Below are positions 61,315-64,000 of a DNA stretch of 64,000 nt, piece by piece (position 1 is the first letter of the stretch; each line of letters begins with the position of its first letter). This DNA is from an uncultured delta proteobacterium (lineage in GTDB: Bacteria > Myxococcota_A > Polyangia > Polyangiales > Polyangiaceae): contig CAVOKF010000001.1 in NCBI GenBank assembly GCA_963696385.1, positions 348,024 through 412,023 on the forward strand, in the 5' to 3' direction. Made by a program: the position numbers and the translations under genes. The notes below the pieces were generated by a model. The model searched no databases, was not told the origin of the DNA, and was given only the letters and a program-made list of their open reading frames with translations.

Positions 61315-62037
61315 TCAATGGCCGGCATGCGGCAAGAAGCCCAAGGCGCGCGCCTGCTCGGTCAACCCGCTCATCTTGAACTGCTGCGCCAGGACCCCGG
61401 GACCGTAGTCGCGCGACCCACCAAGGCTCTCGGCGAGGAGCTGAAGGCGCGCGCCTTCTTCGAGAATCAGAATGAACTCGGCGGTCTTGCGCAGACCGCC
61501 CTTGCCCCAAACCGTCGCGCCTCCGTTCGCCTCCAGAATGGCCGGAGTGTGCGGATCGATCTGAAGCCGATCGAGAATGAAGTCCTGCTCGGCCTGGCGT
61601 CGATCCAAGTAGACCGGTATCTCGCGGCTGAGAAGATACCGCTGCACAGGTACGTAGCGAATGGGCAAGGTCCGCTGGGTTTGCGCCCACGCACCCAAAC
61701 ACGGCGAATGGACGTGCGAAACGGTCGTGATGTCGGGGTGCTGCTCGAGGATTTTCGAGTAGCGGCCCTGGCCGCCCCCACCCGCCTCGCCGAGATAGGC
61801 GGTGCCGTCGAAGCCAAATACGCGGGGCACGAGCGCCTTCCCGCGCTCGAAGGGGCCCGGGTCATGAATCGCGACAAACTTGCTCTCCCCCGGGATGCGC
61901 TCGACGAACCCCACGGTCCCATTGGCGGTGATCGTCCCCGTCTCGCGAAAGACTCGAAACGCGAGCTCGGCCTCCTCAGTGGCCCTCTTGACGAACGCGA
62001 CGGCTTTCGGACCGAGACTGTTCGCTGCTCGACTCAT
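61315..62037 (-). CDS. Class II aldolase/adducin-like protein
   Basis: HPDITTVSHVHSP, AILEANGGATVWG, LEEGA. Confidence 0.8.
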   Translation of the reverse strand: MSRAANSLGPKAVAFVKRATEEAELAFRVFRETGTITANGTVGFVERIPGESKFVAIHDPGPFERGKALVPRVFGFDGTAYLGEAGGGGQGRYSKILEQHPDITTVSHVHSPCLGAWAQTQRTLPIRYVPVQRYLLSREIPVYLDRRQAEQDFILDRLQIDPHTPAILEANGGATVWGKGGLRKTAEFILILEEGARLQLLAESLGGSRDYGPGVLAQQFKMSGLTEQARALGFLPHAGH

Positions 62038-62088
62038 GTTCTCACCTTTCGCTTCGGTCGCGCGGCGCGCGCCCTTGCCCGTCGCCAC

Positions 62089-62124
62089 GTCTATCATACA
62101 GGACACGCATGCGCAAGGTCGGAC
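62089..62124. promoter_or_regulatory. GTCY-N8-RGAC box with partner half-site
   Basis: GTCTATCATACAGGAC at 62089; GGAC half-site ending 62124. Confidence 0.7.
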
Positions 62125-62150
62125 GACAGCCACCGCCGGTCGTCGTAACC

Positions 62151-63103
62151 TCAGGCTGCGTGCGTCGATGCCGCGTCGAGCGACGTCGTCAGCCGATCCA
62201 CCTCAACGAGGTCGGGGCCGGTGAGCTCCCAGCGTGCGGCGTCGACGTTCGATCGCACTTGCTGCGGCGTCGTGGCGCCGGGAATCACCGAAGCCACGCC
62301 GGGTCGTGCGACCAGCCAGGAAAGCGCCAATTCCAACAGGGTATGACCCCGCGACGCCGCGAACGCGGCCAACCGGTCCGAAAGGGTGAGTCTCGCTTCG
62401 TTCAGAAACCTCGTCGCGAATCGTGCAGCCGGATCCGACAGACGCGTTCCGGCGGGCGGGACCTCTCCACGCCGGTACTTGCCCGTCAGCAGGCCGCTTG
62501 CGAGTGGGAAATACGGCAGAAACGCCATACCGCGCGCGACGCACTCTGCCAAAACGGCTCGCTCCGGCTCCCGGTGGAGCAAGCTGTACTCGTTTTGGAG
62601 ACTGACGAACCGCGCAGCGCTCGGAGGGCGCCCGCCCTCCGCCGATCGGATCTGCTCCACCGTGAAGTTCGAACACCCAATCTCGCGCACCTTTCCCGCA
62701 GCGACCAGATCGTTCAGCGCTCCCAGCGTTTCGGCGATCGGAACGCCGGGGTCCGGACGGTGCAATTGATACAGATCGACCCAATCCGTTCCCAGGCGCC
62801 GCAAGCTGTCTTCCAGCGCACGTCGCACGTATTCGGGCCTTGCGCCCTGCCGGGAGTCATCGACTTTCGAGCCGAACTTCGTCGCCACGACGACGGATTT
62901 GCGGCGCTCGCCGAGGGCCCGCCCGAGATACTCCTCGCTACGCGTCTCGCCGTAGCGATCGGCCGTGTCGAAGAACGTAATTCCGACATCGATCGCGGCG
63001 TCGACCACTCGCGCCGTGCGCGCCGGGTCGAGTCGCACGCCGAAGTTGTTGCACCCCAGCCCGACCACCGACACGGCCAGCGAACCAATTTTCGCGTTTC
63101 CAA
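62151..63103 (-). CDS. Aldo/keto reductase (1-bp loss in an A-run near the start)
   Basis: AAGGAG RBS, TTG-ETRK / IGSLAVSVVGLGCNNFG, FDTADRYG, DLYQLH, GCSN, IPGAT. Confidence 0.88.
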
Positions 63104-63189
63104 CGTCGTTCTCCTTCGTGACGCACTCCGGACGAATGGGCGACGGAACGCCCTTCCCACGTGTCCAGGCTAACGATGCAGGCCGGATG

Positions 63190-64000
63190 GGTAGGGCGTC
63201 GGCGCCGTTTCCGGCGTGGCGACGGCGCGCCCGGCCGTTACGCTGTCGCTCGCCGTGTGTCGGTCCAGCAGAGCCAAGACGGCGAGGAGCGCCAACGGAC
63301 ATAGGTAATCTCCGCCGCGCTCGACCCACTCCCACGTGTCCCTGAGACAATCCGAAATCGGGTAAAGAAGCTGCTCGCGATCTTCCATGTGCCGATTCCC
63401 AACAGGAGAAATCGCGACGGCCAGAAGCAGACCGCGAGGGCCACCGCCATTTCGATTCCGCCGAGCCAGTGCAAGAACACCCGGCCGGCAGGAACCCCGA
63501 TCGACTGCCAGTGGTCGATGAGGACTCTCTTTTCCTGAATCCGTGCGAACCCCCCGTACCGAGCAACAGAAGCGCAATGGACACCCGAAGAACCCATGCC
63601 ACCCGGCCAACCGCCGCGGGCCGCACGGTTCGGGCCTCGATCCGCTGGAACCAACGAACGCTTGGTTGGCTCGCCGCCACGAGAAGGGCGAGGGGGGGTC
63701 CATAGTTGCCGGCGCGCTCGAAAAACTCCCACCACCCCAGGCCAGCCCATGGCCGCAAGAGCGCTGTGAATAAAGTCCACCGAACCATGTATCCGAGGAG
63801 CGCTCGGCAAGGAAACACCAGTACCGCCGCACCCAGCGTGATATCCACTGCCCCGACGAAGGGCATGGTCTTCCAAGCCACCGACGGGGAGATACCCAAC
63901 GCGCCATAAAAAGGCAGCCATCCCGCCTTGGTGAGGACCCCCCACGCACCGTGACCGATGAAGCATGACTGCGTGAGAGGGTGAGCGACAGCCATGGCAG
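63190..64000 (-). pseudogene. Internally duplicated membrane protein with two frameshifts (5' end at window edge)
   Basis: CFIGHGAWG...WEFFERAGNY recurs as LLLLG.GGF...WEWVERGGDY in shifting frames. Confidence 0.65.

Noticed and set aside
62151..63995. 614-aa membrane protein / aldo-keto reductase fusion
   Set aside because: The AKR has its own RBS and TTG start at 63103; the fusion results from frameshifts
1..64000. CRISPR array, rRNA or tRNA genes
   Set aside because: No regularly spaced repeat-spacer array, rRNA-like tract or cloverleaf was seen by eye

Overview
High-GC window, probably from a Polyangiaceae-like myxobacterium (inferred from the Hanks kinase style and an Asp/Ala-rich lipoprotein). 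It has two parts. (1) About 1-16.3 kb is a decayed mobile and toxin-antitoxin patchwork. It holds an SDR, a Ser/Thr kinase fused to a sugar-binding-type domain, two HicAB loci, a Fic toxin with a putative antitoxin, an HTH_17/PIN pair, one complete IS4 element with a 10-bp target duplication, and fragments of IS110, an rve-type IS, a group II intron, ParB, HU and a relaxase. (2) About 16.3-62.1 kb is a ~46-kb organosulfur/sulfate-scavenging island. It holds a beta-carbonic anhydrase, a disrupted arylsulfotransferase, three LLM monooxygenases, three signal-less DszB-like proteins, two Ssu-type ABC importers, four exporter-fold ABC half-transporters, TonB/ExbB/ExbD, a TonB-dependent receptor, two GSTs, ribBA, an XRE-cupin regulator, sbp-sulP, cysK-cysE, partial msmAB and a class II aldolase-like protein. 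A 16-bp palindrome, GTCY-N8-RGAC, occurs about 16 times in the island's intergenic regions, often with a weaker partner site exactly 20 bp away; this suggests a single regulon. Several +1 frameshifts fall at GATC sites read as GAATC and are probably basecalling artefacts. All family assignments come from reading motifs by eye; no database searches were run.
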